From: an uncultured delta proteobacterium
Lineage (GTDB): Bacteria > Desulfobacterota > Binatia > HRBIN30 > BPIQ01
Direction: 5' to 3'
DNA: 64,000 nt
Assembly: GCA_963761335.1 (NCBI GenBank)
Contig: CAVXGR010000017.1
Coordinates: 64,001 to 128,000 of the forward strand
Shown here: in pieces, positions 52,245 to 61,785 of the stretch
How the letters are laid out: every line of letters begins with the position of its first letter
Position numbering within the stretch: the first letter of the stretch is position 1
Notes under the pieces: model-generated
Seen by the model: only the letters and a program-made list of their open reading frames with translations
Databases searched by the model: none
Told to the model about the DNA's origin: nothing
Program-made: the position numbers and the translations under genes

Positions 52245-54254
52245 TCACATGAAGTAGTCGAAGTCGCGCTCCGTGCGCACGCGGCGGCGGACGCGGAAGA
52301 CGTGGGCGGGTGAGGCGTGGGGCTCGAGGGCGACGTAGTTGTGGGCGCCGTGCCAGAGATAGCGCGCGTCGCTCAGCAGGTCGTGCACCTGGTAGGAGGC
52401 GTCGGCCTCGAGACCGATCTCGGCCAGGGGAACGTCCACCCACCCGGTCTGCTGGTGGTGCGGATCGAGGTTGACGACGATCAGCAGCACGTTGTCCAGG
52501 TCCGGCGTCGTCCTCGAATAGAAGAGCAGCTGGTCGTTGTCGACCGGGTGGAAGCGCAGGCGTTCGTCATAGTGCAGAGCCGGGTTCTGCTTGCGGATCT
52601 CGTTGACGCGCTGCACGAAGGCGCGGATGTTCCCGGGGCGATCGAGATCCCAGTGGCGGATCTGGTACTTCTCGGAGTCGCGGTAGTCCTCGGTGCCCGG
52701 GATCGCCTGCAGCTCGCAGAGCTCGTACGGCGGCCCGTAGATGCCGTAGCTGCCGCCCAGCGTGGCGGCCAGCAGCAGCCGGATCATGTGTGCCGGGCGG
52801 CCGCCACTCTGCAGGTACTCGTGGAAGATGTCCGGCGTGTTGGCGAAGAGGTTCGGGCGCATGTACCAGTGCGACGGCGACTGCGTCAGCTCGGTGAAGT
52901 ACTCGATCAGCTCCGCCTTGGTGTTGCGCCAGGTGAAGTAGCTGTACGATTGCGAGAAGCCGCTCTTGGCGAGGTGGCGCATCACCTTCGGCCGGGTGAA
53001 GGCCTCGGAGAGAAAGACAGCCTCCGGCCGGCGGGCGCGCGTTTCGGCGATCAGCCACTCCCAGAAGGCGAAGGGCTTCGTGTGCGGGTTGTCGACGCGG
53101 AAGATGGTGACGCCGTGATCGGCCCAGAAGAGGACGACGCGCAGCATCTCCTCCCAGAGCCCCCGCCAGTCCTCGCTGTCGAAGTTCAGAGGATAGATGT
53201 CCTGGTACTTCTTCGGCGGGTTCTCGGCGTACTGGATGGTGCCGTCCGGGCGCCAGCGGAACCACTGCGGGTGCTCCTTCACATAGGGATGGTCGGGGGC
53301 GCACTGGAAGGCGATGTCGAGCGCCACCTCCATGCCGAGCTCGGCGGCGCGGCGCACGAAGGCGTCGAAGTCCGCGAGCGTGCCGAGCTGTGGGTGCACC
53401 GCCGTATGGCCGCCCTCGGCCGAGCCGATGGCCCAGGGGCTCCCCGGGTCGTCGGCACCGGCGCCGGCGGTGTTGTTCGGGCCCTTGCGGTGCGAGCTGC
53501 CGATGGGATGGATGGGGGGCAGGTAGACGACGTCGAAGCCCATCGAGGCGATGTAGTCGAGACGCGCCTCACAGTCCTTGAAGGTGCCGTGGCCCCCGGG
53601 CGCCGGCGCGCAGGAGCGCGGGAACATCTCGTACCAGGCGCCGAAGCGGGCCCGCTCGCGCTCGACGACGATGCCGAGGACGCGCGGGTAGCGGGTCGCC
53701 TGGCTGCGGTCGGGATGGCGGGCCATCGCCTCGAGCAGCTCCGCCGCGAGCGCCACCGGTATGCGCTCTTCCTGATCCGCGGAGCTGGCGAGGGTGTTCG
53801 CCTGCTGCTGCAGCCACTCCGCGTCTTCGCCGCCGGCGCGCGCCGCCGCCTGTCGCACCATCTCGGTGCCCTCGAGCAGCTCGCTGGAGACGGTCTGCCC
53901 GGCGGCGACCTTCTTCTGCAGCCCGTCGCGCCACGACGAGAAGTGATCGACCCAGGCCTCGATGGTGTACTCGAACAGCCCGAGCCCCGGCAGGGGAAAG
54001 GCACCGGTCCAGCGGTCGTTCACCAGCGGTAGCATCGGCGTCTCCCGCCACGTCTCCTCGCCCTTGCGGCGGAAGCGCAGGGCGGCGCTCAGCCGGTCGT
54101 GCCCCTCGGTGAAGATGTCGGCGCCGACCGTCATGACGTCGCCGCGAACGCGCTTGGCGAGGAAGCGGCCGCCGTCGATCTCCGGGTCGATCCCCTCGAT
54201 CACCACCCGCGGCGGCGCCGAGGTCGGGGGTGCGCTGGCTCTCGTCTCCTTCAC
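52245..54254 (-). CDS. glgE: Alpha-1,4-glucan:maltose-1-phosphate maltosyltransferase
   Basis: GTG start after [51 protein letters not shown]. Confidence 0.96.
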   Translation of the reverse strand: MKETRASAPPTSAPPRVVIEGIDPEIDGGRFLAKRVRGDVMTVGADIFTEGHDRLSAALRFRRKGEETWRETPMLPLVNDRWTGAFPLPGLGLFEYTIEAWVDHFSSWRDGLQKKVAAGQTVSSELLEGTEMVRQAAARAGGEDAEWLQQQANTLASSADQEERIPVALAAELLEAMARHPDRSQATRYPRVLGIVVERERARFGAWYEMFPRSCAPAPGGHGTFKDCEARLDYIASMGFDVVYLPPIHPIGSSHRKGPNNTAGAGADDPGSPWAIGSAEGGHTAVHPQLGTLADFDAFVRRAAELGMEVALDIAFQCAPDHPYVKEHPQWFRWRPDGTIQYAENPPKKYQDIYPLNFDSEDWRGLWEEMLRVVLFWADHGVTIFRVDNPHTKPFAFWEWLIAETRARRPEAVFLSEAFTRPKVMRHLAKSGFSQSYSYFTWRNTKAELIEYFTELTQSPSHWYMRPNLFANTPDIFHEYLQSGGRPAHMIRLLLAATLGGSYGIYGPPYELCELQAIPGTEDYRDSEKYQIRHWDLDRPGNIRAFVQRVNEIRKQNPALHYDERLRFHPVDNDQLLFYSRTTPDLDNVLLIVVNLDPHHQQTGWVDVPLAEIGLEADASYQVHDLLSDARYLWHGAHNYVALEPHASPAHVFRVRRRVRTERDFDYFM

Positions 54255-54496
54255 CTCTCGGCTCCTCAACTGTTTTCGGGCTGTGATCGAATTCCCTGCA
54301 ATCTCCGCCTCGCCTCCTGAGATTGTCTCGCACGCCCCTGTGCGATCGTCGCAGCGCGCCGGCGCGCCTGTGGCGCAGGCTCGGCCCTGCGCTCATCTGC
54401 CTTTGACTTACTAGGGTGACGGAAGCCGCCCCGAGGCGCAAGCCGAGGGTCAAAACCGAGCCCTCACAAGGGAGGGCGAATCTCCTGCCGAGCCGC

Positions 54497-54616
54497 CGTT
54501 CCCGGTTCTCATTCCGTCGTTATCCGTTGTTCTGCGAGCGGCGTGAGACCGATCAGGCCCGGAGGGTAGCCGGCTGTCAGAGCGAATGGAAAACGACGGA
54601 ACGAGAACCGGGAATG
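54497..54616 (-). repeat. Diverged solo copy of palindromic repeat family A
   Basis: Reverse complement CCCGGTTCTCGTTCCGTCGTTTTCCATTCGCTCTGA...ACAACGGATAACGACGGAATGAGAACCGGG matches the arms of 22955-23115; loop differs. Confidence 0.8.
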
Positions 54617-54709
54617 CCGCTCTGTTCCACGAGCTCGATCTGGTGGCTGGCCCGCCGGCAGTTGTGCCGTCGGAGTGCCCTTTGATACCCTGGCCGCGAA
54701 GGTCGTGCC

Positions 54710-55108
54710 ATGAGCGATGCCGAGGTCATCCGGATCATCCGCGAAGCCGTGCCGGACGTGGTTGCCGTCTATCGGTTCGGCTCGACCGCGAGTGGTCAGA
54801 CGCACACCGAGAGCGACGTCGACCTGGCTTTCCTGGCACAGGGCGCGCTTGCTCCGATCCAGCGCTTCGAGCTGCAGGAGCGTCTGGCGGTTGCCCTGCG
54901 GCGCGACGTTGACCTCGTCGACCTGCGAGCGGCGTCCACCGTCATGCGCATGCAGGTGGTCTCCAAGGGCGCGTTGCTGTTCGCCGCCGATCCACGCGAA
55001 GTGGATCGCTTTGCCGATTACGTTTATTCCGCCTACGCCCGCCTCAACGAGGAGCGCAGGGAGATCCTCGAGCAGGTTCGCCGAGAGGGGACGGTCTATG
55101 GCCGATGA
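54710..55108 (+). CDS. Minimal nucleotidyltransferase antitoxin (MntA-like)
   Basis: FGS-x10-DVD motif, VDLVDL. Confidence 0.9.
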   Translation: MSDAEVIRIIREAVPDVVAVYRFGSTASGQTHTESDVDLAFLAQGALAPIQRFELQERLAVALRRDVDLVDLRAASTVMRMQVVSKGALLFAADPREVDRFADYVYSAYARLNEERREILEQVRREGTVYGR

Positions 55109-55502
55109 CGTGATCGTCAACAAAGCCGCCATCATCGAGCGCTGCATCGCGCGCGTGCGGGAGGTGTACGCCGGGGACGATCGCAACCTGTTCGAGGACG
55201 TCACGCGCCAGGACTCGATCCTCCTGAACCTGCAGCGCGCTTGCGAGGCCGCGATCGATCTCGCCATGCACGTCGTGCGGACACGGCACCTCGGAGTTCC
55301 CCAGGAGACCCGGCAGGCATTCGAGCTGCTGCGCGATGCCGATCTTCTGCCGGCAGAGCTGGCGGACCGGATGATGCGCATGGTGGGCTTTCGAAATGTC
55401 GCCATCCACGACTACCGGAGCTTGAACCTCGAGATCGTCAAGAAGATCGTTGTCGCGCGTCTCGAGGACTTCCAGGTGTTTGTCTCTGCGATGCTGCGGT
55501 AA
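55098..55502 (+). CDS. HEPN/DUF86 ribonuclease toxin (HepT-like)
   Basis: LQRACEAAID, GFRNVAIHDY (R-x4-H). Confidence 0.92.
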   Translation: MADDVIVNKAAIIERCIARVREVYAGDDRNLFEDVTRQDSILLNLQRACEAAIDLAMHVVRTRHLGVPQETRQAFELLRDADLLPAELADRMMRMVGFRNVAIHDYRSLNLEIVKKIVVARLEDFQVFVSAMLR

Positions 55503-55531
55503 CTTTCTGGCTGACTTGCGGAGGTGAGCTC

Positions 55532-55999
55532 ATGGCACGGATTCCCGAAGCGGTGACCGAGTTCCTCTCAGGTAGGCGCCTTGCCGTCGTCGGCGTTTCG
55601 CGGGAGGCGGGGCAGCCGGCGAATGCCGTCTACCGCAGGTTGCGCGACTCGGGCTACGAGGTGTTTGCCGTCAATCCGAACGCAACCGAGGCCGAGGGCG
55701 CCCGGTGCTACCCCGACCTCGCCTCGATACCCGGGGCAATCGACGGGGTCATGATCGTGACCCATCCGGACGTCTCCACAGAAGTCGTCCGCCAGTGCGC
55801 CGAGCGCGGCGTGCGTCGTGTCTGGTTCCACCGCTCCTTCGGTGACGGCAGCGTCTCGGACGATGCCGTGCGCGAGTGCGAGGCGCACGGCATCGCCTGC
55901 ATCGTCGGTGGTTGCCCGCTCATGTACTGTGCCCCGGTCGACCTCGGCCACCGTTGCATGCGCTGGTGGCTGCGCCGGCAGGGCCGCGTGCCCTCCTGA
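55532..55999 (+). CDS. CoA-binding protein
   Basis: AVVGVSR, YEVFAVNP, CYPDLASIP, GGCP.M; RBS GGAGG. Confidence 0.88.
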   Translation: MARIPEAVTEFLSGRRLAVVGVSREAGQPANAVYRRLRDSGYEVFAVNPNATEAEGARCYPDLASIPGAIDGVMIVTHPDVSTEVVRQCAERGVRRVWFHRSFGDGSVSDDAVRECEAHGIACIVGGCPLMYCAPVDLGHRCMRWWLRRQGRVPS

Positions 56000-56054
56000 T
56001 GACCTTGCGGAAGATGCTGCTCCAGATGCATGCTGCGGGGTGGGAGGAAACGCC

Positions 56055-56903
56055 GTGCCCGCCATTGAAGGAGACACGCGAGTCGGGAAGGCATCGGTTC
56101 ACTGGCGCAGGGAGGGGAGCGGACCGGCGATCGTCTTCCTGCACGGCTTCCCGTTGTCGGGGCAGACGTGGGACGCGGTCGTCGCCCGGCTTCGCGATCG
56201 ATTTACCTGTTGCGCTCCCGATCTCATCGGCTTGGGGAAGTCATGCAGTACAGCGGCAGGGGACTATTCCTCGCCCGGACAGGCACGGGCGTTCCAGGGG
56301 CTGCTGGCGGAGCTCGGCGTCGATTCCTACGCGCTGGTGGGAAACGACACGGGCGGGTGGATCGCTCGCGAGCTGGCCCTGATCGACGCGCCGCGGGTCT
56401 CTCATCTCATCCTCACCAATACGGAGATCCCGGGCCATCGGCCGCCTTGGATCCCCCTCTACCAGCTTCTGGCGCGGGTGCCGGGCTATGGCCGCATCAT
56501 CCAACAGGTCCTCCGGTCTCGGGCGTTTCGCCGATCGCCGATGGCCTTCGGCGGGTGCTTCGACGATCTCTCCCACCTGGATGGCGAGTTCCACGAGCGC
56601 TTCGTGGCGCCGCTGATCTCCTCGGGCGAACGAATCGGCGGCGCCATGGAGTTCCTGCGCCAGATGAAGTTCGCGCGACTCGACGAGTTCGAAACGCTCC
56701 ACGCGCAGCTTGCCATGCCGGCGCTGTTCATCTGGGGTGCGGACGACCCGACCTTCCCGGAGCAGCGGGCCCGCGGCATGCTCGCGCAATTCCCGAGCGT
56801 CCGCGGCTTCCACGCCATCCCGAAGGCGAAGCTGTTCGTCTACGAAGAGCATCCGCAGACGGTCGCCGAGCTGATCGCGGATTTTCGCATGCAGGCCGCG
56901 TGA
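56055..56903 (+). CDS. Alpha/beta hydrolase (epoxide hydrolase/dehalogenase-like)
   Basis: FLHGFP, PDLIGLG.S, GNDTGG nucleophile elbow, WGADD. Confidence 0.85.
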   Translation: MPAIEGDTRVGKASVHWRREGSGPAIVFLHGFPLSGQTWDAVVARLRDRFTCCAPDLIGLGKSCSTAAGDYSSPGQARAFQGLLAELGVDSYALVGNDTGGWIARELALIDAPRVSHLILTNTEIPGHRPPWIPLYQLLARVPGYGRIIQQVLRSRAFRRSPMAFGGCFDDLSHLDGEFHERFVAPLISSGERIGGAMEFLRQMKFARLDEFETLHAQLAMPALFIWGADDPTFPEQRARGMLAQFPSVRGFHAIPKAKLFVYEEHPQTVAELIADFRMQAA

Positions 56904-56908
56904 GTCTC

Positions 56909-57355
56909 ATGAACGCCGTGGAGGTGCGAACCAGCGCGATCATTGCGTGCCCGCGGGCGCGGGTGTGGAAGGTGCTGACCGACGTCCAGCGCCAGCCCGA
57001 GTGGATGCGCGATGCGCTGTCGGTCGAGATACTGACCGCCGGTCCGCTGCGTGTCGGTAGCCGCATGCGCGTGCCGACGCGGATCGGTTTCCTCCGCACC
57101 ACCGATCTCATGGAGGTGACCGCCTTCGAGCCGCCCGAGCGCTGGAGGGTCGTTCACCAGGGGCTGGTCACCGGGGAGGGGACGTTCACGCTTCACGAGA
57201 TCGATGGAGACAGGAGCACCCGCGTGGAGTGGGACGAGCGGCTGGCGGCGCCGCTCGGAGCGATAGGCCGCTTCGGAATGACTCTCTTCCGGCCGATCTT
57301 GCGACGGCAGTTCGAAGCCGACCTCGACCGCCTGCGGCGACTCTGCGAGAGCTAG
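56909..57355 (+). CDS. SRPBCC (START-like) family protein
   Basis: I..P...VW..LTD....PEWM; C-terminal helix ADL.RL. Confidence 0.85.
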   Translation: MNAVEVRTSAIIACPRARVWKVLTDVQRQPEWMRDALSVEILTAGPLRVGSRMRVPTRIGFLRTTDLMEVTAFEPPERWRVVHQGLVTGEGTFTLHEIDGDRSTRVEWDERLAAPLGAIGRFGMTLFRPILRRQFEADLDRLRRLCES

Positions 57356-57373
57356 ACCGGTGTCACGCGTGGC

Positions 57374-58951
57374 TCAGTCGCGGAAGATCTCGTAGGAGCG
57401 CGACTGGCCGTCGACGTCGCGCTCGAGGCGGACGGTGATGACACCGTCGCTGTCGCAGGAGTAGACCTCGCGGACGCTGTGAGCGGCGAGGTCGTCGCGG
57501 TGGTGAACGTCGCCGGAGTTGAGGCGGCGATCCACCGGAATGGCGGGGTCGTAGGGAAAGAGCACGTCGGACCAGGCGCGGACGCCGACGGTGGGACGGC
57601 CGGCGCCGTCGACGCCGGCGCACTCGAAGTAGCGCAGATGGCCGACGTCGTGCCGGGGCGAGTACTCCACCGTGCACTCGAGCGGCGCCTCGCCATGGCG
57701 GGGCAGGGGGGCCCCGGCCCGGAAGATCGGGGCGAAGTACTCGCGCGTCCCGTGATCGGCGAGACGGAGGACGCCGAAGTGGCGCGAGAGGATGTCGCGC
57801 AGCGTCACCGCTTCGGCGCTGTGAATGGCGGCGCCCATGGCGGTGGCGGCGAACGGCTTGTCGGTCATCACCAACGGTACGCCGGGCAGGCGCTCCGCGA
57901 TCATCTCCGAGACCAGCGGCAGCTTCGACGAGCCGCCGACGAGATAGACGGCGGTGAGCGGCTCGGTGCCGGCGCCGCCGCGCGGCGCCGTGGCCTCCCG
58001 CGCCAGCTCCGCCAGCCGATCGGCCGCCGGCGCCAGCAGCGGACGGATCTCGTCGAAGAAGGCGGCAACGGGAACGGTGCGCGCCTCGCCGCGCAGGCCG
58101 ACATCCGCGGGCAACACCGCCAGGTGGCGAACAGTTCCCGCGCAGATGTTCTCCTTCTGCTGGCGGGCGTGTTGCACGAGGAGGTCTCGCTGCAGCGGGG
58201 TGAGATCGTCGAGCGCCGCTCCCAGCTCGTGCGCCAGCAGGCGCGCCAGGGCGAGGTCGAGGTCGTCGCCGCCGAGCTCCTCGATGCCGCCGGAGGCGAC
58301 CACCTCGAAGTTGCGACCGCTGATCTTCACCGCCGAGACGTCGAAGGTGCCGCCGCCGAGGTCGAAGACCGCAACCGTTGCCGAGAGCCGGCGCGCCTCG
58401 GCGCGGTTGCCGCGGGCGATGCGATCGGCAAACTCGATGGCGGCGGCGCTCGGCTCGTTCAAGGTGCCGATGACCTGAAAGCCGGCGTCGCGGAAGCAGG
58501 TGCGGGTGACGTGGCGTTGCGCGCCGTTGGCATTGGCGGGCCAGGTGATCGCCGCTTCGAGCGGCTCGCCATCGCCGAGCAGCCCGGAGCGCAGGATGGA
58601 GCCGCGCAGGGCCTGGGCGAAGCCGCGCAGGAGATCGGCCGCATCGAACCCGTCCGGGCGCAGCTCGAAGCCGATACGGCCGCCGCCGACGTAGTCGCGC
58701 AGCAACCGCTTCATCGAGCGCAGGATCCCGTAGCGCCGCTCGCGATCGGGGCGGCTGGCGCAGCGCTCGGCATCGGGCCCGTAGAGCAGCGCCCCGGTCT
58801 CGCGGTCGAAGGCGACCAGGGAGGGGAAGATGTCGCGCACCACGCGGCCGATCGCCGTTTGTACGAAATGTGGAACGACGTCGTAGCGACCGCGGTCGCT
58901 GCACACGACCACGGTGTTGGTCGTGCCGAAGTCGATTCCCAGCCGCGCCAT
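57374..58951 (-). CDS. Atypical Hsp70-family protein (525 aa)
   Basis: GIDFGTTNT, NEPSAAA, FDLGGGTFDVS, LGGDDLD, LVGGSS; short divergent C-terminus with no lid. Confidence 0.88.
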   Translation of the reverse strand: MARLGIDFGTTNTVVVCSDRGRYDVVPHFVQTAIGRVVRDIFPSLVAFDRETGALLYGPDAERCASRPDRERRYGILRSMKRLLRDYVGGGRIGFELRPDGFDAADLLRGFAQALRGSILRSGLLGDGEPLEAAITWPANANGAQRHVTRTCFRDAGFQVIGTLNEPSAAAIEFADRIARGNRAEARRLSATVAVFDLGGGTFDVSAVKISGRNFEVVASGGIEELGGDDLDLALARLLAHELGAALDDLTPLQRDLLVQHARQQKENICAGTVRHLAVLPADVGLRGEARTVPVAAFFDEIRPLLAPAADRLAELAREATAPRGGAGTEPLTAVYLVGGSSKLPLVSEMIAERLPGVPLVMTDKPFAATAMGAAIHSAEAVTLRDILSRHFGVLRLADHGTREYFAPIFRAGAPLPRHGEAPLECTVEYSPRHDVGHLRYFECAGVDGAGRPTVGVRAWSDVLFPYDPAIPVDRRLNSGDVHHRDDLAAHSVREVYSCDSDGVITVRLERDVDGQSRSYEIFRD

Positions 58952-58952
58952 C

Positions 58953-59639
58953 TCAGGACCTCCGGTTGACGCAGACCGCCGCCTTGCCGATCACCGCGCC
59001 GCGGGCGCTGCGGAAGCCGGGTCGCACGGTTTCCAGGATCACCCCGTCGGGGACGCCGTTGTCAGCGCGTTCCTGGATCACGATGTGGATGAGCGGATCC
59101 ACGAAATCCATGGACTCGGCCTCGAAGCGCACGGCGCCGAGGGAGTCGAGCAGAGCGTCGAGGCGATCGACGAGCTCCGCGGGCGCGCTGGCGGCCGCTT
59201 CGCGGCGGATGTCGGCGACCTGCGCGGCAACCGACTCCAGCCGCCGCTCCAGCAGCTCGCTCAGCAGTCGGCGCAGCGAGTCCACCGCCCCTTCGAGGGC
59301 GGCGTCGGGCTCGACGCGCGTGGTGAGCAGCGGGTCGATCATGGCCTTGAGGGCGCGGATCTCCTGAAGCACGTCGGCCGGGCTTCCGCTCGTTGTCCCC
59401 CTGCCGGTTGCGGCGCCGCTGCCGCCGGCCTCCGCCGCTGCCGGGGGCTCCTTGCGCGCCGGGGCGCGGCGCGCCGCGCGCGACTTCGGTTTCGCCTCGG
59501 CGCTGTCGCCTTCCGCCGGTGGGGTACCGGCCTTGCCGAGGCCGGCGCCGGCTGCGGCGGCGGCAGCAGCCGCACGCACGGCCCGGGCGCTCTTTTCCCC
59601 TTCCGGTTCTCTCTCGGGAGCCTTCTTCTTGGTTGCCAC
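58953..59639 (-). CDS. GrpE-like nucleotide exchange factor with long low-complexity N-terminus
   Basis: GTG after GGAGG; C-terminal FVDPLIH...G.ILETVRPGF....VI.KAAVCV matches the GrpE tail. Confidence 0.7.
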   Translation of the reverse strand: MATKKKAPEREPEGEKSARAVRAAAAAAAAGAGLGKAGTPPAEGDSAEAKPKSRAARRAPARKEPPAAAEAGGSGAATGRGTTSGSPADVLQEIRALKAMIDPLLTTRVEPDAALEGAVDSLRRLLSELLERRLESVAAQVADIRREAAASAPAELVDRLDALLDSLGAVRFEAESMDFVDPLIHIVIQERADNGVPDGVILETVRPGFRSARGAVIGKAAVCVNRRS

Positions 59640-59753
59640 CGTGTTTGTCCTCCGTTTCAAGCGCGCCTCGGGCAACGCTCCTGGCGACAGAATGTCGGAT
59701 TTCCGGACGCAGTGCGACAGTGTTCTTGGCGGTAGTGGAGCCGAGTGCGTCCG

Positions 59754-60929
59754 TCAGTCGGCGAGACCGCTGGCGTGCAGATCCTGGTAGACGGTCTCGG
59801 CAGCGAGATGATTGCCATTTTCGTTCCAGTGACCACCTCCGAAGTGCAGATCGTTCTTGATCGGCGAGGCGCGAAAGGCCTGAAGCAGCGGCACCAGATG
59901 GATGCCGTGGCGCGCCGCGATGTCTCGAAACTGCCGTTCCGGGAAGCCGCGGTCGAAGCGCGGCGCTTCCGCTCCCTCGGCGTCGAGGAGCTTCTGCCAG
60001 TAGTAGTCGAGGAACTCCTCATGTGCGGGAATGTCGACGAGAATGAACCTGGCGCCGCTGGCGCGCACCTCGTCCGCGAGCGTGGCGAGCAGCTTCTCGG
60101 TGATCCGCCATGCTTCGGGAAACGGGTCGGGAGGATCGGTATCGAACAGCTCGGCCACCGGAGGGGCATTGGTCTCGACCGAGCGGAGCTTCTGGCGCAG
60201 GATCGCAAATGCCTGATTCTGCCAGACGTAGAGCCGGCTGTGATCGTTGAGCCAGCGCGTCCCCTCGGCCTTGGCTTCCGAGATCGGGTGGTAGTCGAGC
60301 TCGCCTTTCTCGTCGAGGCTGAAGTAGGGGCGTACGTAGCTGGTCAGGTTGCGGTCGTTGTCCCACAGGTCGTTGCCGTTGTAGTAGTTGAGGATCACGA
60401 TGTCCGGATCGAACCGGCGGGCGAAGTTGCGCCATGTAAGCAAGCTCTGGGCCGTGCTGAAGCCGCCGATGCCGAAGTTCAACACCTCCCAGCGAGCTTC
60501 CGTCGCATGCGCGTTCAGCCGTTGCTCGAGCTGGGCTGCCATGGTGTCGGGCTCCTCGACGGCAATGGCGGCGGTGAAGGAGTCGCCGAGAAGGGCGATG
60601 CGGCGCACTCCCGCGGGTTTGGCGAAGGGACGATCCGGGCCGCGGTAGCCGAGGGAGCTGATGCGGATGTGGATCTTGCGGCCGACCTCGGGGACGAACT
60701 CCTCGCCGGAGAAGCCGGCGCGGTAGCGCTGGCCGACGATGGAGTCCTTCACCAGAAGCGGTTGCTGCCAGGTGCCGCTGAGGCGCACGGCGCCCTCGAG
60801 GGCGAGGAGGGTTACGGCGATGCTGAGGGACGCCAAGGCGATGTTGGCAGCCCAGCGGCGAACCGCGTGACGGCCGGGGGCTGCAGCGTCTTCCGCGGTG
60901 GGTGTTATCTGGCGGACGGCAGGGGACAC
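59754..60929 (-). CDS. SGNH/GDSL hydrolase-family membrane-anchored protein
   Basis: TM segment, LGDSF, NFGIGG, GND, HWN..G; start approximate. Confidence 0.82.
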   Translation of the reverse strand: MSPAVRQITPTAEDAAAPGRHAVRRWAANIALASLSIAVTLLALEGAVRLSGTWQQPLLVKDSIVGQRYRAGFSGEEFVPEVGRKIHIRISSLGYRGPDRPFAKPAGVRRIALLGDSFTAAIAVEEPDTMAAQLEQRLNAHATEARWEVLNFGIGGFSTAQSLLTWRNFARRFDPDIVILNYYNGNDLWDNDRNLTSYVRPYFSLDEKGELDYHPISEAKAEGTRWLNDHSRLYVWQNQAFAILRQKLRSVETNAPPVAELFDTDPPDPFPEAWRITEKLLATLADEVRASGARFILVDIPAHEEFLDYYWQKLLDAEGAEAPRFDRGFPERQFRDIAARHGIHLVPLLQAFRASPIKNDLHFGGGHWNENGNHLAAETVYQDLHASGLAD

Positions 60930-61017
60930 GGCTGAAGCGTCAAGTAGCAGTCGTCGCCCCGCTTGGAAAGACGCCGGGCATTTGCCTTTTGCCGTCCAGC
61001 TCATTACATGCCGCGGC

Positions 61018-61476
61018 ATGGAACTGGGGCGCTTTTTCGAGGACTTCGAGGTGGGAGAGGTCATCAAGCACTGGCCGGGGCGGACGATCCGGGATTTCGA
61101 CGACACCTGGTTTACGTTGATGACCATGAACACCAACCCCCTGCACTTCGACGAGCACTTCGCCAGCCAGTCCCAGCACGGGCGCTGCCTGGTGAACGGC
61201 ATTCTCGTTTTCGCCATTGCCGTCGGCATGAGCGTCCGCGATGTCAGCCAGAACGCCATCGCCAACCTCGAGTACGAGTCGGTGCGGCATTTGGGGCCGA
61301 CCTTTCACGGCGACACGATCTACGCCGAGACGGAAGTCCTCGAAAAGACCGAGTCGAGGTCCAAAGCCGATCGCGGTATTCTCTACCTCGAGACGCGCGC
61401 CTGGAATCAGAACGACCAGCGGGTCCTGTCGCTGCGGCGCCGCGTCCTCATTCCGCGCCGACCGGCGGCGAAATAG
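61018..61476 (+). CDS. MaoC family dehydratase
   Basis: GRFFEDF, TMNTNPLHFD, ANL, P.FHGDT. Confidence 0.92.
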   Translation: MELGRFFEDFEVGEVIKHWPGRTIRDFDDTWFTLMTMNTNPLHFDEHFASQSQHGRCLVNGILVFAIAVGMSVRDVSQNAIANLEYESVRHLGPTFHGDTIYAETEVLEKTESRSKADRGILYLETRAWNQNDQRVLSLRRRVLIPRRPAAK

Positions 61477-61478
61477 GA

Positions 61479-61529
61479 AGTAGAAGCGCCGTCCCGGCGC
61501 TTCCGAAGCGGCGAGACGCCGCTTCTACC
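61479..61529 (-). repeat. Family B GTAG-REP doublet (reverse copy)
   Basis: AGTAGAAGCGCCGTCCCGGCGCTTCCGAAGCGGCGAGACGCCGCTTCTAC directly after the MaoC stop. Confidence 0.85.
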
Positions 61530-61628
61530 TTCGCGGATCTCCACTGAGGGCGCGTATAGGGGGAAATGCGGCCCCGCTGGCCCGGTTTGGCGTGCTCTAT
61601 TTTTTTTCATGGTGTAGGCCTGCCCTAT

Positions 61629-61688
61629 TGCCTGTTTTTTGATCTATGCATATGTTTCGCGCAGCACGCAGCACCCGTTGGGGGTGCA
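61629..61688. promoter_or_regulatory. Possible NtrC-type enhancer boxes
   Basis: TGCATATGTTTCGCGCA (61647-61663) plus weaker boxes at 61629 and 61672. Confidence 0.4.
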
Positions 61689-61718
61689 GATGGAGGTTGG
61701 GGGTGGTTTGGATCTCCC

Positions 61719-61734
61719 TGGCACCGCTGTTGCT
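61719..61734 (+). promoter_or_regulatory. Sigma54 promoter of the porin gene
   Basis: TGGCAC-CGCTG-TTGCT, perfect consensus. Confidence 0.85.
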
Positions 61735-61785
61735 TTAGGTGCAGATCCAAACTCAAAACTCGGGGTGCGCCCCGGAGGAGGGAAC

